Shown here: positions 22,794 through 32,000 of the stretch, in pieces
Position numbering within the stretch: position 1 is the stretch's first letter
Layout of the letters: each line of letters starts with the position of its first letter
NCBI RefSeq assembly: GCF_001652585.1
Contig: NZ_LWLG01000011.1
Span: forward strand, 37,111-69,110
Origin: Thermosulfurimonas dismutans
Lineage (GTDB): Bacteria; Desulfobacterota; Thermodesulfobacteria; Thermodesulfobacteriales; Thermodesulfobacteriaceae
Reading direction: 5' to 3'
Length of the DNA stretch: 32,000 nt
The notes under the pieces: model-generated
What the model was told of the DNA's origin: nothing
What the model saw: only the letters and a program-made list of their open reading frames with translations
The model's database searches: none
Program-made: the position numbers and the translations under genes

Positions 22794-22850
22794 TTTCTCT
22801 AAAGTTGCGTTTTTTCATAAAAATCCCATCTGTTATCCAAATTAACAAAC

Positions 22851-22878
22851 TTGACTTTTTTAAAAAATAAAATATAAA
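22851..22878 (+). promoter_or_regulatory. Candidate promoter of the histidine kinase gene
   Basis: TTGACT-N16-TATAAA in an AT-rich tract, 40 nt upstream of the ATG. Confidence 0.45.
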
Positions 22879-22918
22879 AATTTGTTCGAATTTTTTCATA
22901 TATATTTAAAAAGACTAT

Positions 22919-24409
22919 ATGGGCGTACAAATCAAAATTGGAAATCAGGCCTCCGTTTGGGATTTCGAGGTTGAACCCCTCTTGATAATTGATCCCAACT
23001 TTAACGTTCTCTTCCTAAACCAAAAGGCCAGGGAAAAATACCGTTATACAGGTTCCCTTCCCGTTCGCTGTTTCCAATTGACCCATAATCTGGATCATCC
23101 CTGTTTTGAAGAAGGGGAAAAATGTCCTCTCAAAGAAGTCCTTGAAAAGAGACAAGGCCTTACCTGTGTGCATAAATATTCAAGACCAGGTGAAAAAATC
23201 TTATACGAAAAAATATTAGCTTCACCGGTTTACGATCTCTCGGGCAAGCTGGGAGGCATAGTTGAAATTATCGTGGATATCACCCCCTATGTAGAGGAAG
23301 AAATCCGAGTTCGTGAGGAACTTGAACGCAGGGAAAAAGAACTGGAATCTCTGTTAGAGGTCCTTGAAGCCTCCAAAGTGGGGATATTCATCCTTGACTC
23401 CAGCTTTAAAATAGTCTGGCTTAATCAGGCCATTGAAAAGTTTTTCGGAATCAAAAGAGAAGAAGTTATTGGCAAAGACAAAAAGGAATTAATCCAGCAA
23501 AAAATAAAGTTTATTTACGAAAAACCGGAAGAATTTGCCGAAAAAGTCCTTAAAACTTATAAAGAAAACACTTATATTGAAAATTTCGAATGCCATGTAC
23601 TCCCCGGAGAAGGACGAAAGGAACGCTGGCTTGAACACTTCAGTCAACCTATAGAATCCGGCCTTTATGCCGGGGGCCGGGTGGAATACTATATTGACGT
23701 TACTCATAGGAAAAGACTGGAAAAAGAATTCCTGCAGGCCCAGAGGTTTGAACCCATCGCACAGATGATTGCTGGGATCGCTCACGATTTCAATAACCTC
23801 CTCATGACCATTCAGGGATTTGCCGAGCTCTCCCTTATTAAATTAGATAAGGATCACCCTGTATCGAAAAATATGCAACATATTATCTCTAGTTGCGAAC
23901 GAGGGGCTAAGATCATTGACAAGCTTCTCACCTTTATGAGAAAGAAACCCATCGAAATAAAAGAGATCAATTTAACCTCCCTTGTCAAAGGGATAATACC
24001 CCTTATCAAGATAACGATGGGGCCCCACATAAAAACTCGAATCGAGCTCCCAGAAAAACCTCTTGTCATCCGGGGAAATGAGAGCGAAATTGAACAGGTC
24101 CTCCTCAATCTCGTAATGAATGCCCGAGACGCTATGCCCGAGGGAGGGGATCTCTGGATAAGACTTAAATCTGATGGCCAATACGCCTTCATTGAAGTGG
24201 AGGACTCCGGAGTGGGTATTCCTTCAGACATCCTGCCCAAGATTTTCGAACCTTTCTTTACTACTAAAGGCGATCTGGGCTCAGGGTTAGGACTTTCCGT
24301 AGTTTACGGGGTGGTAAAGAGCCTGGGAGGTGATATTGAGGTCCAATCTCAGCCCGGAAAAGGTACCCTTTTCAGGATCTCTTTTCCACTGGCTGCCGAA
24401 CTCAATTAA
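22919..24409 (+). CDS. Cytoplasmic sensor histidine kinase: Cys/His-rich PAS-like domain, PAS, HisKA, HATPase_c
   Basis: H-box IAHDFNNLLMTIQGF, N-box LLNLVMNARDA, G-boxes EDSGVGIP and GSGLGLSVV. No TM segments. The N-terminal module carries C51-x10-C62-x6-C69-x13-C83. Confidence 0.85.
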   Translation: MGVQIKIGNQASVWDFEVEPLLIIDPNFNVLFLNQKAREKYRYTGSLPVRCFQLTHNLDHPCFEEGEKCPLKEVLEKRQGLTCVHKYSRPGEKILYEKILASPVYDLSGKLGGIVEIIVDITPYVEEEIRVREELERREKELESLLEVLEASKVGIFILDSSFKIVWLNQAIEKFFGIKREEVIGKDKKELIQQKIKFIYEKPEEFAEKVLKTYKENTYIENFECHVLPGEGRKERWLEHFSQPIESGLYAGGRVEYYIDVTHRKRLEKEFLQAQRFEPIAQMIAGIAHDFNNLLMTIQGFAELSLIKLDKDHPVSKNMQHIISSCERGAKIIDKLLTFMRKKPIEIKEINLTSLVKGIIPLIKITMGPHIKTRIELPEKPLVIRGNESEIEQVLLNLVMNARDAMPEGGDLWIRLKSDGQYAFIEVEDSGVGIPSDILPKIFEPFFTTKGDLGSGLGLSVVYGVVKSLGGDIEVQSQPGKGTLFRISFPLAAELN

Positions 24410-25077
24410 GCTCTCAAGGCTGCCTTCTTTCGAATAAAATCCACGACTTCTTCAGGATTGTCTAAGACGGTAAATAGACTAAGGTCAGCTTCGGAAACTT
24501 TGCCACCCGCAAGCACCGTGTCTTTGAGCCACGAAATTAGGCCCTTCCAGTAATCCCGCCCCACCAGAATTATCGGAACCGGTCTAACTTTCCGAGTCTG
24601 AACCAGAGTAAGAATCTCAAAGAGCTCGTCAAAAGTCCCGTAGCCTCCGGGAAGAAACACGAAACCTACCGCATACTTGGCCATCATGACCTTACGCACG
24701 AAGAAGTAGCGGAACTCAAGCCGAATATTGGCATAGGGATTGGGCTCCTGTTCCAAAGGCAGGCGAATGTTTATTCCCACAGAATAACCACCTTCTTCTG
24801 CCGCCCCTTTGTTAGCAGCTTCCATCACTCCAGGCCCTCCCCCGGTAATTACCGAAAAACCAGCCCGCACCAATTCCCGTCCAATGGCCTCGGCCTTGGC
24901 GTAACAGGGATCTCCAGGTCTCACCCGAGTAGAACCGAAAATGGTGACCGCAGGATAAACTTTTGGGAGCTCTTCAAAGCCCTCCACAAACTCGGCCATG
25001 ATCTTAAAAAGGCGCCAGGACTCCCGGGCCGCAAGGCCGTTCAAAACATACTGTTTCTCTTCAAGCTCTCTTTTCAT
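24406..25077 (-). CDS. LOG family / TIGR00730 Rossmann-fold nucleotide-binding protein (annotated lysine-decarboxylase-like)
   Basis: VTIFGSTR, ITGGGPGVMEAANKGA and PGGYGTFDELFE motifs. I prefer ATG 25077. The track uses TTG 25086. Confidence 0.8.
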   Translation of the reverse strand: MKRELEEKQYVLNGLAARESWRLFKIMAEFVEGFEELPKVYPAVTIFGSTRVRPGDPCYAKAEAIGRELVRAGFSVITGGGPGVMEAANKGAAEEGGYSVGINIRLPLEQEPNPYANIRLEFRYFFVRKVMMAKYAVGFVFLPGGYGTFDELFEILTLVQTRKVRPVPIILVGRDYWKGLISWLKDTVLAGGKVSEADLSLFTVLDNPEEVVDFIRKKAALRA

Positions 25078-25813
25078 AACTTTCAAGGGCCTTCAGGACT
25101 TTTAGGGCTTTTATATCTTGGTCAAGGACCTTTTTCAAGAAGGCCTCTACAAGGGTAGCCATCTCCCGAATTTCATCTTCCGGGATCCTGAGACGGGAAA
25201 GGCTATCAGGAGACAGTCTGAAGAGAGCCGAAAGTACGGCTCTGGTGCGGGGAGAAATAACACGATCTCCTTCGCGGGCGCAATGTTCACACCTTAAACC
25301 TCCACCGGCAAAAGAAAAATAGGCCGAAGACGCAAGTTCCTTTCCGCAAGTTACACAGCCTCGAAATTCTGGAGACCAGCCAAGGAGCCTCAGCAGCTGG
25401 AGTTCGAAATAGGGTTTCAAGATGGGAGGAGGAGACCTTTTTTCAAGAAACTTTAGATTTTCAAGTAAAAGAGGAAAGATCTCCCGGCCCTCGGCCGGAG
25501 GAGAGGAACGTTCGCAGAGTTCAATGAAATAGGATGCCAAAGTAAAACGACGAGGATCTGTCCGGAAATTTTCCGGAGCAAACAGAAGATCAGCAGCCTC
25601 GAGGAAAGGCGTTAGCCCTGAACGTCCTTTCCTGAGGTGAATTCGCAAAAGATGTCCGGGCTCAAGTTTGTTTACGAAACGTCGGCGACTTCGCCGGGCA
25701 CCCTTGGCTACAGCGGAAAGTCTTCCTCTTTCACGAGAAAGAAAGCTTACCAACAGATCGCTTTCAGAAATCTCCTTTACCGAAAGGACTAGAGCCACCG
25801 ACAAGGAGCGCAA
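25061..25813 (-). CDS. recO: DNA repair protein RecO
   Basis: N-terminal OB fold (VLSVKEISESDLLVSFLSRERGRLSAVAKGARRS) and the zinc motif CVTCGK...CEHC. TTG start; GTG five codons downstream is an alternative. Confidence 0.8.
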   Translation of the reverse strand: MRSLSVALVLSVKEISESDLLVSFLSRERGRLSAVAKGARRSRRRFVNKLEPGHLLRIHLRKGRSGLTPFLEAADLLFAPENFRTDPRRFTLASYFIELCERSSPPAEGREIFPLLLENLKFLEKRSPPPILKPYFELQLLRLLGWSPEFRGCVTCGKELASSAYFSFAGGGLRCEHCAREGDRVISPRTRAVLSALFRLSPDSLSRLRIPEDEIREMATLVEAFLKKVLDQDIKALKVLKALESYEKRA

Positions 25814-25817
25814 GGCC

Positions 25818-26189
25818 TTAAGACCTGAAAAGAAATAAATAGGCCATTATAAATAACAAAACTATTAAAATTAGAACACTCCAAAATAAAGAAAATGACT
25901 TCTGCGAAATCAAAACTTCTTTCTCGAAGACCTCGTTTTTTTTAGGTCTTTCGATAGAATCATACCGCAAAAGCACTTCTTTAGGGTCAAGCCCCACAGC
26001 TTCGGCATAAGATCGAAGATAACCCCTTACATAAATTTCCGCCGGAAGGCTATCCCAATCCTCGTTCTCAAGGGCCTCAAGGAAGACTTTGTTAATCTTG
26101 GTCTCTTGAGCTACTTCTTCGAGAGATAACCCTCTCATTTCTCTGGCTTCCCGCAAATATTGACCTAAAAGTTTTGTAGTTTCGCTCAT
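25818..26189 (-). CDS. RodZ-like HTH (XRE-type) membrane-anchored protein, short form
   Basis: HTH LGQYLREAREMRGLSLEEVAQETKINKVFLEALE...YVRGYLRSYA, then one C-terminal TM helix. The ATG shares its A with the upstream TGA (TGATG). Confidence 0.65.
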   Translation of the reverse strand: MSETTKLLGQYLREAREMRGLSLEEVAQETKINKVFLEALENEDWDSLPAEIYVRGYLRSYAEAVGLDPKEVLLRYDSIERPKKNEVFEKEVLISQKSFSLFWSVLILIVLLFIMAYLFLFRS

Positions 26190-27109
26190 CAAATAAAAAC
26201 CTTAATAAAGGCTCTTTCTTTTAAGTCTTTTATCCATTTTTGGAAGTATTCGTCAAGTTCTTTTTGAAATAAAGTTTGATAAATTTCTTCCTTTACCTTC
26301 TCGAAAGGCATAGTGGCCTTCTCCTTTATTTCAAGGACTTTAAAGATCTGCCAGTTTTGTCCTACGCGAATAGGGGGGCTAATCGCCCCAGGCTTCATTT
26401 TGGCAATGATCTTTCTAACCTCAGGAGTGAGTTCTTCCAACTTAAAACTCCCAAGGCCCTCTCCACTTCCCGGGACATCGGAGTATTTACGGGCCACAGC
26501 CGGAAAATTGGCCCCTCCTTTGAGCTCTGCAGCGGCCTTTTTAATCTTCTCTTCGGAGCTGGTAATAATGGCCGCAAGTACATACACTCGGTTCTTTTCC
26601 GAAAGATAGTGCTCTCGATAGTAACGCCTAAGATCCTCATCCGTGATCACAATTCTAGCCCGCACACTTCCCTGGACGAGTTTCATTTTTTTAAGCTGTT
26701 CTCTTATTTTTTCGCGATAATCTTTGAGGGTTAACCCTTGAGCGGAAAGAAATTCTTGTAAGCGTTCCTCCCCACCTAGCTGGGCCTTAATATCGTTTAT
26801 GAAGGCGTCTACCTCCTCGTCAGTAACTCTTATGTTGTACTTTTTAACCTCCTGAGCAATAAGTTTCTCTTCAATCAGACGCTCAAGGACATCCTTGCGA
26901 ATCTTTCGTATGATCCTCTGTTCCTCAATAGGGTCCGTAACTCCACGAAGATATTTTTGAAAAAAAGGCAGGCAAGCCTCATCCAGCTCCGAAAGAGTAA
27001 TGACTTCGTCATTCACCACCGCCACCACCCGGTCAATGATTTTTGCTCTAAGAGGAAAAGCCAAAATCAAAAAAAGAAAAATCATTAAAAAAATTCTTTT
27101 GAAAAACAT
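26189..27109 (-). CDS. SurA-like periplasmic chaperone / parvulin-type peptidyl-prolyl isomerase
   Basis: Signal peptide, a SurA_N-like domain (IDRVVAVVNDEVITLSELD) and one PpiC/parvulin domain. I prefer ATG 27109, which follows GGGAGGTGA. The track uses GTG 27115. Confidence 0.75.
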   Translation of the reverse strand: MFFKRIFLMIFLFLILAFPLRAKIIDRVVAVVNDEVITLSELDEACLPFFQKYLRGVTDPIEEQRIIRKIRKDVLERLIEEKLIAQEVKKYNIRVTDEEVDAFINDIKAQLGGEERLQEFLSAQGLTLKDYREKIREQLKKMKLVQGSVRARIVITDEDLRRYYREHYLSEKNRVYVLAAIITSSEEKIKKAAAELKGGANFPAVARKYSDVPGSGEGLGSFKLEELTPEVRKIIAKMKPGAISPPIRVGQNWQIFKVLEIKEKATMPFEKVKEEIYQTLFQKELDEYFQKWIKDLKERAFIKVFI

Positions 27110-27133
27110 CGTCACCTCCCAAGATAAAATAGT

Positions 27134-30100
27134 TCAAAATCTTGTTTTTTGCAAAATTTCAGCTATCTTAGTGGCCTCAGAAAGTAAAGGATCTTCTACC
27201 CTTATACGCAGTCTGTTCTCTCTCACAAGTCTCACAAAGCGGTAACTTTCCGAGAGCTCTCGGATACCCTTTTTGTAGCGCTCCACCTCATCCCCTAAAT
27301 GGAACACTAACTCTTTTCCTCGGGCCTCGAGCTTTAGTACTCTTAGTTTTCGGAGGAGAATCTTTAGGCGGGTAAGCTTAATAAGGTTTTCCCCTTCTGG
27401 AGGTAGTTCTCCGAAGCGGTCAATCAGGGAAGTCCGGAAGGCCTCGAGTTCTTCTTCATCTCTAACTAGGGAGAGCTCACGATAAAGGTGAAGCCGCTGC
27501 TCCACATCTGGGACATAGGCCTCTGGAAAGTAGGCCGGAAGACCGAGGTTGACTTCCGGCTCCGGGGCCTCTTCAATTCTCTCCCCTTTCATTTCCCGAA
27601 CGGCTTTCTCCAAGATTTCCAGATAAAGGTCATATCCCACGGCCGCAATGTGACCGGATTGGGAAACTCCCAGGAGATTTCCTGCGCCCCGAATCTTGAG
27701 GTCGCTCAGGGCCAGCCGGAAACCCGAACCCAGGTCTGTGAACTGCATGAGGGCCTTGAGGCGCTTTCGGGCCTCCTCGGTGAGCCCCGAAAGGGAGGGC
27801 ACCAACAGATAGGCATAGGCCTGGACCTTCCCTCTCCCTACTCTACCTCGGAGCTGATAGATCTCTGAAAGCCCGAAGCGATCCGCCCGAGCAATGATAA
27901 TGGTATTGGCCGAGGGAATATCAAGCCCGCTCTCGATAATAGTGGTACAGACCAGAACATCTATCTCCCGGCGTACAAAACGGGTCATGATCTCTTCAAG
28001 TTCTTTAGGCGGCATCTGGCCATGGGCCAACGCCACTCTGGCCTCTGGCACCAGACGTTTCACCCAATTGGCCAGGGCATGCAACCCCTTCACTCGGGGA
28101 TAGACGAAAAAGACCTGCCCTCCACGGGATAGCTCACGGCGGATAGCCTCCTCCACCACCTCGGGCTCCATCTTAGCGAGTACCGTTTTCACCGGCAGAC
28201 GTCCCGGCGGCGGGGTCTCGATCACCGAAAGATCTCGGACTCCAAGAAGGGAAAGTTGAAGAGTTCGAGGAATAGGCGTGGCCGAAAGGGCCAGCACATC
28301 CACGGTCTTCTTAAGTTCCTTGAGACGTTCCTTCTGTTTGACCCCGAACCGGTGTTCCTCATCGATGATGAGAAGTCCGAGATCCTTGAACCGGACATCG
28401 GTAGATAACAGGCGATGGGTGCCTATCACGACCTGAACCTCTCCGGAAGCCAGCTTCTTGAGAACCTCTTTTTGTTCCGCCGGAGGCCTAAGGCGGGAGA
28501 GCACCGCGACCTTCACACCGAAGGGTGCTAACCTTTCGGAAAAGGTACGATAATGTTGCTCAGCCAATACGGTGGTAGGTACCAAGACGGCCACCTGTTT
28601 GCCGTCCCGCACCGCAAGCATGGTAGCCCGGAGGGCCACCTCGGTCTTGCCATAGCCTACGTCTCCGGCGAGCAAGCGATCCATAGGCCGAGGGCTCTGC
28701 ATGTCGGCAAGTACTTCCTCGATAGCAGCCTCTTGATCCGGGGTCTCCTCATAAGGAAAGGCGGCCTCGAATTCACGGAAGGTGAGATCGGGAGGGGAGA
28801 AGGCATGGCCTCGGGCTACCTTACGGGCGGCGTAAAGGGCCACGAGTTCTTGGGCGATCTCCTGGACGGCCTTCTTGACTTTTTCCTTGCGGGCCAGGAA
28901 AGACCGCCCACCCAGACGATCGAGTTTCGGAGGCCTTTCATCCACTCCCACATACCGGTGAATCTCTCCCAGACGATCCACCGGGAGGTAGAGTTTGTCC
29001 CCCCCGGCGTACTCTACCAAGAGAAACTCCCCCGGTACGTCTCCAACCTCCAGCTTCACCAGCCCACGGTAGAGACCGATCCCGTGTTCACGGTGAACCA
29101 CATAGTCTCCGGGCTTAAGGTCCTCAAATCTAAGACCCGTCCTTTCTCTCAGACGGCGTTTTACGACCGGTGGTTTCTTTTTTCCAAAAAGCTCCCGTTC
29201 GGATACGAAAACCAGGGTAAGATCCGGAGCAAAAAATCCTTCCGGAAGCTCTCCCACTATCACTTCTGCCGGCACTCGGAAATTGGGTTCCGGGAAGGGA
29301 GCTTCCTTTATGGGAAGCTCTTCACAGAGGCCCTCTCGCACGAAAATCTCAACCAGACGTTCAGCGGAAGGCCGACTACCAAGAGCCACCACCAGATGCT
29401 CCCCGCTTGCCAGAATACGCTTCAAGAGCGAAAGCCCACGTTCAAGCCCTGATTTTCCAGAATCCACCGGTTCAAAGGCCTCAAGCCCCTTAAAATTGGC
29501 TTTGATATCTGTTCCAGAGACAGGTAGTTCCCTCACCAGAACCTTGAAAGGCCACTTCAGAGTCTGATGTTCTAGAAGTTCCGGCGAAAGAAAGGCCTCT
29601 TCAGGTTCAAGAAGAAGACGACCGCGCAGGCGTCTGCCCCCGGAAAGAACTCTCCCCCACCAAAATCCGGCTTCGTCCTGAATCTTCTCAGGCTCATAAA
29701 GTATCAGCAGACTTTTCTCCGGGAGATAATCAAAAAGGGTCTCGGTTCGTTCAAAAAGGATAGGAAGCCAGAACTCCTCGGGTTCAAGGAACCGTCTTAA
29801 AGAAATTTGTTCCCTCAGGGTCTCCACTCTCTCGGCGGGGATCTTAAACTTCTCAGCTCGTAGAAGGAGCCTTTCATAGAGGACTTCAGCCTCACCAACA
29901 AAAAAGACCTCCCTTACCGGAAACAGATAGGCCTCCTCCAACTTCCCTTCCGTAAGTTGGTTTTCGGGAGAGAACGTTTTGATCTTCTCCAGGGTATCTC
30001 CGAAGAAGTCGAACCTTAGGGGTTTTTCGTAGCCTGGAGGCCAGACATCGAGCACCGCTCCCTTGACCGCAAACTCCCCCACTCGCTGCACCACCCCTAC

Positions 30101-30562
30101 CCGCTCATAGCCCAAGGCTACGAGCTTATCCAAGAGCCCTTCTCGAGGAAAATCTTCTCCAGGGATAAGATATTCATAGACCTTTCGCAGGAGCTCCCGG
30201 GGGGGCAATCTCCTTAAAAGCCCCTTTACCGAGGTGGCGATAAGGACCGGTCTTTCCAAAAGCAGATCATAAAGGATCTCGATTCTTCCGGCTCCTTCCT
30301 CAGGATCAGGCAAAACTTCCGCAAAGGGAGGATGCTCCGGAGAGGGAAAGAACTTTACGGATTCCGAGGAGAAAAAGGAGAAGGCGGCCACGAACTCACG
30401 GGCCGAGGGATCGTCGGGAAAAATCAAAAGAATGGGTTTGGGAAGCGAAAATCTAGAGAGAAAGAAGGCTAAACTTGAAGTTTTAAAACCACTTACAGAG
30501 AAAAGACCATGCTTCTTGTCAAGAAAGGCCTCAAAGGCCTTAAAATTTCGCGGTAGATCCAC
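27134..30562 (-). CDS. mfd: Transcription-repair coupling factor
   Basis: 1142 aa with the CarD/RNAP-interaction region ([12 protein letters not shown]), helicase motifs [18 protein letters not shown] and LSATPIPRT, and the TRG motif region. GTG start. Confidence 0.92.
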   Translation of the reverse strand: MDLPRNFKAFEAFLDKKHGLFSVSGFKTSSLAFFLSRFSLPKPILLIFPDDPSAREFVAAFSFFSSESVKFFPSPEHPPFAEVLPDPEEGAGRIEILYDLLLERPVLIATSVKGLLRRLPPRELLRKVYEYLIPGEDFPREGLLDKLVALGYERVGVVQRVGEFAVKGAVLDVWPPGYEKPLRFDFFGDTLEKIKTFSPENQLTEGKLEEAYLFPVREVFFVGEAEVLYERLLLRAEKFKIPAERVETLREQISLRRFLEPEEFWLPILFERTETLFDYLPEKSLLILYEPEKIQDEAGFWWGRVLSGGRRLRGRLLLEPEEAFLSPELLEHQTLKWPFKVLVRELPVSGTDIKANFKGLEAFEPVDSGKSGLERGLSLLKRILASGEHLVVALGSRPSAERLVEIFVREGLCEELPIKEAPFPEPNFRVPAEVIVGELPEGFFAPDLTLVFVSERELFGKKKPPVVKRRLRERTGLRFEDLKPGDYVVHREHGIGLYRGLVKLEVGDVPGEFLLVEYAGGDKLYLPVDRLGEIHRYVGVDERPPKLDRLGGRSFLARKEKVKKAVQEIAQELVALYAARKVARGHAFSPPDLTFREFEAAFPYEETPDQEAAIEEVLADMQSPRPMDRLLAGDVGYGKTEVALRATMLAVRDGKQVAVLVPTTVLAEQHYRTFSERLAPFGVKVAVLSRLRPPAEQKEVLKKLASGEVQVVIGTHRLLSTDVRFKDLGLLIIDEEHRFGVKQKERLKELKKTVDVLALSATPIPRTLQLSLLGVRDLSVIETPPPGRLPVKTVLAKMEPEVVEEAIRRELSRGGQVFFVYPRVKGLHALANWVKRLVPEARVALAHGQMPPKELEEIMTRFVRREIDVLVCTTIIESGLDIPSANTIIIARADRFGLSEIYQLRGRVGRGKVQAYAYLLVPSLSGLTEEARKRLKALMQFTDLGSGFRLALSDLKIRGAGNLLGVSQSGHIAAVGYDLYLEILEKAVREMKGERIEEAPEPEVNLGLPAYFPEAYVPDVEQRLHLYRELSLVRDEEELEAFRTSLIDRFGELPPEGENLIKLTRLKILLRKLRVLKLEARGKELVFHLGDEVERYKKGIRELSESYRFVRLVRENRLRIRVEDPLLSEATKIAEILQKTRF

Positions 30563-30574
30563 GCGGACATCAAA

Positions 30575-30847
30575 CTAGGCCGCTACCTGGGCCATCTCCA
30601 CGGGATAAACACTTACTACCTTGTGGCCACCCCGGGATTCGTACTTCACAACCCCATCAATCTTGGCGAAAAGGGTGAAGTCACGCCCCATACCCACGTT
30701 GAACCCCGGGCGGATTTTGGTGCCCCGCTGACGCACTAAGATATTTCCAGCCTTAACCAACTGGCCGTCGTAACGCTTTACCCCCAGGCGCTTACTGTGA
30801 CTATCTCGACCGTTTCTTGAGGCCCCGCCGGATTTTTTATGGGCCAT
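30575..30847 (-). CDS. rpmA: 50S ribosomal protein L27
   Basis: [24 protein letters not shown]... RBS TAAGGAGGTGA. No Firmicute-type N-terminal propeptide. Confidence 0.95.
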   Translation of the reverse strand: MAHKKSGGASRNGRDSHSKRLGVKRYDGQLVKAGNILVRQRGTKIRPGFNVGMGRDFTLFAKIDGVVKYESRGGHKVVSVYPVEMAQVAA

Positions 30848-30859
30848 GATTTCACCTCC

Positions 30860-31177
30860 TTACTGCACTACGATTTCGTCAATTCGCAGAACGGTATAAT
30901 ACTGCCGATGCCCCTTCTTTCTTTTATAATTTTTACGCCGTTTTTTCTTGAAGACAATGATCTTCTTGCTACGCCCCTGCTCAAGAATGGTGGCCTTTAC
31001 CTTGGCTCCGGAAACCACCGGAGTTCCTACCTGAGGTTCACCTTCACCGGCTACCAGTAAAACCTCCGGAATCTCAACGGTTTCTCCCGGTTCTCCGGGC
31101 AGTTTTTCCACTCTTATAGTATCTCCAGGCGCCACCTTGTACTGTTTGCCACCGGTTTTTATGACCGCAAACACCAC
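30860..31177 (-). CDS. rplU: 50S ribosomal protein L21
   Basis: (M)[18 protein letters not shown]... There are tandem GTG codons at the start. The second (31174) has better spacing from AAGGAGG. Confidence 0.93.
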   Translation of the reverse strand: MVFAVIKTGGKQYKVAPGDTIRVEKLPGEPGETVEIPEVLLVAGEGEPQVGTPVVSGAKVKATILEQGRSKKIIVFKKKRRKNYKRKKGHRQYYTVLRIDEIVVQ

Positions 31178-31204
31178 TACCCCTCCTTCTCGGAAATCCC
31201 CCGC

Positions 31205-31233
31205 ATTTTTATGTCTCTTTTAAGGTTTGTCAA
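31205..31233 (-). promoter_or_regulatory. Candidate rplU-rpmA promoter
   Basis: The minus strand reads TTGACA-N16-TAAAAA(T), about 30 nt upstream of the start codon. Confidence 0.5.
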
Positions 31234-31302
31234 GAGGCGCATGAAAGTCAGACCTCTTTAACATATTTTATAATTAAAAATGCTATGTTAGCCTATTTTT
31301 AT

Positions 31303-32000
31303 ATGAAAAAATGGTTTTTCGACTTGACATTAAAGAAAAAACTCCTGATTTTGCAAACATTGGCCCTTATTCCCTGGTTTTTTGGGCTGACTTATCTGGC
31401 TTATCAGACCTGGCCTCAGGTAAAGATCCTAGGCAAAGAAATCCAGGGCGCCCGCCATCTTCCTTATTATGTTACCCTTATGGACACCCTCCAACGCCAT
31501 CGGGGCTTATCCTATACTTATTTCCTTTCAAAAAGTCCCGAGGAAAAAGCCCGGTTTCGTCCTGCCCTCCTTGAACTTGAAAAGAAATTTTTCAAAACTA
31601 TCTCCAAGATTGAAGAAAAGTTGGAGGAAGATCAGCAGGCATTTAAATATCTTGAGGAAATAAAAAACAGATTTTCAAACCTTCAAATAGCTAAATTTCA
31701 GGGGACAGCCGATGAAAATTTTTGGGACCACAGTCGGCTAATTTTGATTCTTTTCAATATTATGGAGGCCGAAGGACATCAATACGCCCTCTTCTCAGAC
31801 CCCGACCTTTATGTGCGCACTCTAACGGAAGTAGCCCTGATTGAGCTTCCCAAGCTTACCGAAATCCTGGGGCGGATAAGAGGACTTGGAAGCGGTTACC
31901 TTGCCCGTAAAAACTTATCCCTTTCCGAGAAGAAAAACCTCCTCAAACTTTATGTTTCAGCCCACAGTTATGCCGGAACGCTACAATGGACTATTAAAAA
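31303..32000 (+). CDS. Membrane-anchored sensor protein, N-terminal part with a NIT-like (nitrate/nitrite-sensing type) periplasmic domain; cut by the window end
   Basis: This frame is open from ATG 31303 to the window end and is not listed in the track. It reads MKKWFFDLTLKKKLLILQTLALIPWFFGLTYLAY (TM helix), then LMDTLQRHRGLSYTYFL... and a second ...LGRIRGLGSGYLARKNLS repeat, resembling the two NIT half-motifs. Confidence 0.6.
   Translation, partial: MKKWFFDLTLKKKLLILQTLALIPWFFGLTYLAYQTWPQVKILGKEIQGARHLPYYVTLMDTLQRHRGLSYTYFLSKSPEEKARFRPALLELEKKFFKTISKIEEKLEEDQQAFKYLEEIKNRFSNLQIAKFQGTADENFWDHSRLILILFNIMEAEGHQYALFSDPDLYVRTLTEVALIELPKLTEILGRIRGLGSGYLARKNLSLSEKKNLLKLYVSAHSYAGTLQWTIK

Noticed and set aside
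22675-22899. A 74-aa minus-strand ORF (and the 68-aa plus-strand ORF at 22639-22845) as real genes.
   Set aside because: They overlap each other and motif copy D. They have weak or no RBS, and the N-terminus of the 74-aa ORF falls in the AT-rich kinase promoter. They are kept only as a low-priority possibility in the findings.
28553-29452. 299-aa ORF on the plus strand inside mfd. Similar long antisense ORFs occur elsewhere (16808-17452, 10723-11286, 9992-10546, 12299-12754, 7179-7616, 7746-8180).
   Set aside because: All lie fully antisense to genes with strong family signatures. They have Arg/Gly/Pro/Ser-rich low-complexity composition typical of shadow frames, no RBS and no recognisable motifs.
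30563-30574. The possibility that mfd is mis-started, or that a gene such as obg is missing after rpmA.
   Set aside because: The Mfd N-terminal domain begins right at GTG 30562, and the 12-nt gap cannot hold another gene. The unusual rplU-rpmA-mfd order appears genuine but is of low interest.
31311-31663. Track ORFs of 87 aa (31311-31574) and 64 aa (31469-31663).
   Set aside because: They are off-frame readings of the same DNA. The frame from 31303 stays open to the window end and encodes a TM helix plus NIT-like motifs.

Overview
This 32-kb window looks like core chromosome. GC content looks moderate by eye, and gene packing is very tight. I call 34 protein genes (2 cut by the window edges) and 2 tRNAs. 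Most starts have strong GGAGG-type Shine-Dalgarno sites, many neighbours overlap by 1-4 nt, and the proteins are rich in Glu/Lys/Arg. That fits a thermophilic anaerobic bacterium, possibly a Thermodesulfobacteriota-like sulfur/nitrogen metabolizer, but this is inference only since no search could be run.

Gene order:
- Minus strand 1-6953: prfB 5' end with its +1 frameshift site (absent from the ORF track), a PhoU::DUF47 fusion, a LarE-like PP-loop ATPase, a COG1900/DUF39 homocysteine-synthesis-type protein, a CBS-pair/ACT protein, a TSUP (TauE/SafE) permease, hisS, a DUF190 protein and crcB.
- 7173-10423: a monocistronic octaheme HAO-family cytochrome c, convergent with a CoA-disulfide-reductase/rhodanese fusion.
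- 10702-13747: trpD-ktrB-ktrA, joined by 1-nt overlaps.
- Minus strand 13822-17986: ArsB/NhaD-type permease, tandem USP, a second TSUP permease and a small membrane protein.
- 18026-24409: a small orphan ORF, trmH, a Crp/Fnr regulator, tRNA-Met(CAT), tRNA-Cys(GCA), queD, queE, cstA and an orphan PAS histidine kinase.
- Minus strand 24406-31177: LOG-family protein, recO, RodZ-like HTH protein, SurA-like PPIase, mfd, rpmA and rplU.
- 31303 to the window end: 5' part of a membrane sensor with a NIT-like domain.

I found no transposase, integrase, phage gene, CRISPR array or recognisable defence system.

Best candidates for something undescribed:
1. The overlapping CBS/ACT + COG1900 + Cys-triad LarE-like module.
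2. A 16-nt motif present four times, as ordered pairs, in two divergent promoter regions 12 kb apart.
3. The stand-alone HAO-like cytochrome next to a persulfide-reductase-type flavoprotein.
4. The permease/USP/TSUP cluster.

All family calls come from reading motifs by eye. No BLAST or HMM search was run.
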